From: Felis catus | Lineage: Eukaryota | Assembly: GCF_018350175.1 (NCBI RefSeq) | Contig: NC_058368.1 | Location: 87,794,001 to 87,858,000 of the forward strand | DNA: 64,000 bases | Direction of reading: 5' to 3' | Shown: positions 61,297-64,000 of the stretch, one piece after another | Layout: every line of letters starts with the position of its first letter | Position numbering within the stretch: position 1 is the first letter of the stretch | Made by a program: the position numbers and the translations under genes | The notes under the pieces: model-generated | Told to the model about the DNA's origin: nothing | Databases searched by the model: none | Seen by the model: the letters and a program-made list of their open reading frames with translations, nothing else

Positions 61297-61302
61297 TTTA
61301 TT
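61297..61302 (-). terminator. OBSCN polyadenylation signal (AATAAA)
   Basis: TTTATT on +, ~120 nt past the stop codon, with GT/T-rich sequence downstream on the minus strand. Confidence 0.8.
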
Positions 61303-61418
61303 GGCCTGTCTGTTCATATACAGCGAGTCCTAGAGCGGAGACTGAGGGGCGCAGCCCAGAAGGGCGACCTCCCACCCCCCCCCCATCACACACACACCCT
61401 CTCTGCCAGGCCGGGTGC

Positions 61419-61596
61419 TTAGTGCACCTGGGCCAAGTTGTGCTTCTTGTACAGCAGCGCCCTCTTCTTCTCTCGCTCGCGCACGAAGGCTCGAAGTCGC
61501 CCGGTGGAGAAGGAGACAGCCGCGGGCTGGGAGCCCGCAGGGCCCTCCTCGGTTAGCCATGGACACTGTAGGCAGCTGGTCGCGCACGGCCGGCCC
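61419..61596 (-). CDS. OBSCN: OBSCN terminal coding exon
   Basis: GRPCATSCLQCPWLTEEG...KKHNLAQVH*; stop at 61421-61419. Confidence 0.92.
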
Positions 61597-63825
61597 CTGG
61601 AGAGAGGGAAACGGTACCAGCTGAGCTCTGGGAGCGGAGGCCGAGCGGAGAAGGGACGTAGGGCGTGGGCCAGGCGGGGTGGGAGGGCTGGGCTCGGGGC
61701 GGAGCGCAGGGTGATGCGACGGACAGGACGGCCACTTTACCAGGGGTGCGCACACAACGTGCTCCGGAGAAAAGCCACCGCGCCGCCGGACAGCCCCGCG
61801 TAGCAGCAACCCAGACGGATGAGCCCCTTGCGCAAGGCTTTCTGCAGGTCGCGTGTCCCTTCACCGTTCACCGGGTACTCCGCGCTCAGCCTGCGCGCGT
61901 GGGGGATCAGGAGACTCAGGTAACCATCGGGTGTGGGGGGGGGGGACAGCGGGGGGTCTGGGATAACCCTCCGTGGATGCCCAGTCCTCCCCACCCCCCC
62001 CCCGCCCCTGCGCTTGGAGAACTCACATGATGAAGGCTGTCACGCCTATAGCCCAGATGTCGGTCTGTGGGACGGCACCCTGGCCCTCCAGGAGCTCGGG
62101 AGCTGGGAGTGAGTACAGGTCAGGGCACAGGTGAGAGGCTGGGGAGGGACGCAGGCCTGGGGGCGGGGTTTCCTCCTGGCCCACCCTTCCCCCCAGGTCA
62201 GGTTGGCGTCCGCTCCCAGCGCACCCATGGTCTCCACGTAGTCCTTGAACCTCTCGGAGGGCAGGACCTTCTCCTGGGCGAGGCTCTGGGCGTTGCCCAG
62301 GTCGACGACCTTGAGTAAGTTGTATTCGGTGACGATCATGTTCTCGGACCTGAGGTCCAGATGCAGAATGCGCTGGGCGTGCAGGTACTGGGCGGCGCTA
62401 AGCATCTGCCATAGGTAATCCTTCACCTCCGACTCTGAGTAGGAGACCCTGGGGGCGCGTGAGAAGAGGGACTCGGCTCTGTCCACGGCAGAAGGGGCGC
62501 GGAGACACGAGCCCTGCCCGTGGGCTTGGGAGGGGCACCCCCGCTCTGCTAAAGCTCCGGGACGTGGGCTGGTCGGTGGAGGCGGAGCCGGGAGGTGGTA
62601 CGCACCGCGCGCCCCTCCGCGCTCCGTCGCTCTTTACATTCCCGCCCCGGGACCAGCAGACAGGCCACCCCTCACCTCTCCGCCAGGCAGGGGAGCAGCT
62701 CGGGTCCCGAGCAAAGCTCCAAGATGAGGACCAGGTGCCGGGGGCTGAGGTAGGCGGCCTGCAGCTGGGCCAGGTGCGGGTGGCGCAGGCTCTTGAGAGC
62801 CTCGTATTCGCGCAGTACGGCAGTCCTGTCCTCGGGGCGATAGGGAACGATCTTCGCGGCCAGCGCGCGTCCGCTGGCCTTCTCCCGGCACTGCCGCACC
62901 ACGCTGAAGCGGCCCCTGGGCGAGGGGGCACCGGCCAGGCTTGTGAGGACACCCCCCACGCACCCTCCTTCCCAGTATCAGTAAAGCAAGCCCAGCGGGA
63001 GGTGACCAGAGCCTTCCGGGAAGGGGGAGGACGGCACAGAGGCTCTGAACCAAACTTGGGTGGAGGCGCCAAGTGGGCAGGGAGGCTGGGCCAGCGGGGT
63101 GGTGAGCTGTGGCGGGGAGGTCCGCCTTCCCTTTACCTTCGGATCTGCGTCTGGAAGGCGAACGTCTGCGTGCTGGGGAGGGGCTGGGCTGGCCGCGAGG
63201 CGCTGCTCTCCTCCTCAGAGGCTACGGGAGAAGGAGTCAGTGACGGAGGCACCCCTCCAGCCCCAGCTCCCCCCACCTCGTCTCCTCTCCTCCTTCCCAG
63301 GCACCCTGACAGGGGCCCTTCTGTGAATCCCCACACTTTGACCTCATTCCTTGGGCCATGGAGATGCAGAGACCTACAGGTTAAACCAAACTTTCCCAGG
63401 GGCAGTCCTGGGGGCTCAGTCCCTTAAGCGTCTGACTCTTGATTTCTGTTCTTGTCGTGATCTCATGATTGGTGAGTTCAAACCCACAGCTCAGAGCCTG
63501 CTTAGGATTCTCTCTCCCTTTCTGTGCCCCTCCCCTGCTCATGCTCTTTCTCTCTCAAAAATAAATAAAACAAAAATAAATTTAAAAAGCATCCCAGAGA
63601 GTACGTGTGACTGGAGTGATAGCGCATGGCCACCGCCCCGCCCAGCAGGCTCACCCAGGTGGCTGGGCCCTCCCAGGAGGACCGGCTCTGAGGGGCTGCT
63701 GTAAGGACCCATGCCCGCCTTGCTGACGCAGGCCGTGCGGAAGATGTATGTGCCGCCCCTCGAAAGCTTGCTGGCGCCGTAGCAGCAGTCAAAGATGTCA
63801 GAAGCCAGGGTGTTCCAGCTGCCAC
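61419..63825 (-). CDS. OBSCN: Obscurin, kinase-containing isoform: last 7 coding exons (end of Fn3 domain, C-terminal Ser/Thr kinase domain, C-terminus); gene continues beyond the window
   Basis: Minus-strand exons 63825-63655, 63221-63137, 62915-62676, 62448-62225, 62102-62027, 61890-61741, 61596-61419. All are GT-AG and phase-compatible. Motifs RGRFSVV, LAAK, HLDLRSEN, DLG, APE, DIWAIGV; ends ...RALLYKKHNLAQVH*. Confidence 0.95.
61741..61890 (-). CDS. OBSCN: OBSCN kinase exon (150 nt)
   Basis: LSAEYPVNGEGTRDLQKALRKG...FLRSTLCAHP. Confidence 0.92.
62027..62102 (-). CDS. OBSCN: OBSCN kinase exon (76 nt)
   Basis: APELLEGQGAVPQTDIWAIGVTAFIM. Confidence 0.92.
62225..62448 (-). CDS. OBSCN: OBSCN kinase exon (224 nt, catalytic loop)
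   Basis: VSYSESEVKDYLWQML...HLDLRSEN...VVDLGNAQ...YVETM. Confidence 0.93.
62676..62915 (-). CDS. OBSCN: OBSCN kinase exon (240 nt)
   Basis: GRFSVVRQCREKASGRALAAKIVPY...ELLPCLAE. Confidence 0.93.
63137..63221 (-). CDS. OBSCN: OBSCN exon (linker and start of kinase, 85 nt)
   Basis: SEEESSASRPAQPLPSTQTFAFQTQIR; tag/gtaaag boundaries. Confidence 0.88.
63655..63825 (-). CDS. OBSCN: OBSCN exon (Fn3 C-terminal half, 171 nt)
   Basis: GSWNTLASDIFDCCY...YIFRTACVSKAGMGPYSSPSEPV; ag/gt boundaries. Confidence 0.9.
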
Positions 63826-64000
63826 CTGGGCCACACAGGAGGGGCATGGGTGAACACTAGCCCAAGGCCCCCCTCCCCAGGGCCAGGGGGTGGACAGACC
63901 TCTCCTAGAGGGAGCACGGAGTTGGCTGGGCTCTGCCTGAGGCCCCCCAGCCAGGCAGGCTTCCCCGATGGGCACCCGGGGGACACCGGGACGGCTCGCA

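Noticed and set aside
62398..63427. 322-aa plus-strand and 224-aa alternative-frame ORFs over OBSCN
   Set aside because: These are shadow ORFs of GC-rich coding and intron sequence.

Overview
This is mammalian DNA from a felid, judged by the dense CAN-SINE/SINEC_Fc elements and carnivore-type L1 3' ends. It is syntenic with the human 1q42 H3-4 - TRIM17 - TRIM11 - OBSCN interval. Left to right it holds: (1) a repeat-dense region with an orphan H2A/H2B-type divergent histone promoter at ~6.3 kb; (2) a frameshifted, decaying replication-dependent histone H3 gene (H3-4/H3t orthologue, 13919-14316, +) that keeps its promoter, stem-loop and HDE; (3) complete TRIM17 (6 coding exons, 475 aa, +); (4) complete TRIM11 (6 coding exons, 468 aa, +); (5) a ~19 kb L1/SINE/LTR-rich spacer with an orphan CpG island that appears built on an old L1 3' end; (6) the last 7 coding exons of obscurin (OBSCN, kinase-containing isoform, -). 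I found no convincing novel protein-coding system; most ORFs in the supplied track are repeat- or low-complexity-derived. The best leads are the H3-4 pseudogene with intact expression signals, the orphan histone promoter, identical GC-AG donors in both TRIM paralogues, the CpG island on an L1 relic, a 1.1 kb UG/UGCAUG array, and several unusual retrotransposon insertion geometries. Repeat family names come from remembered consensus sequences, not a database search, and repeat boundaries are approximate.
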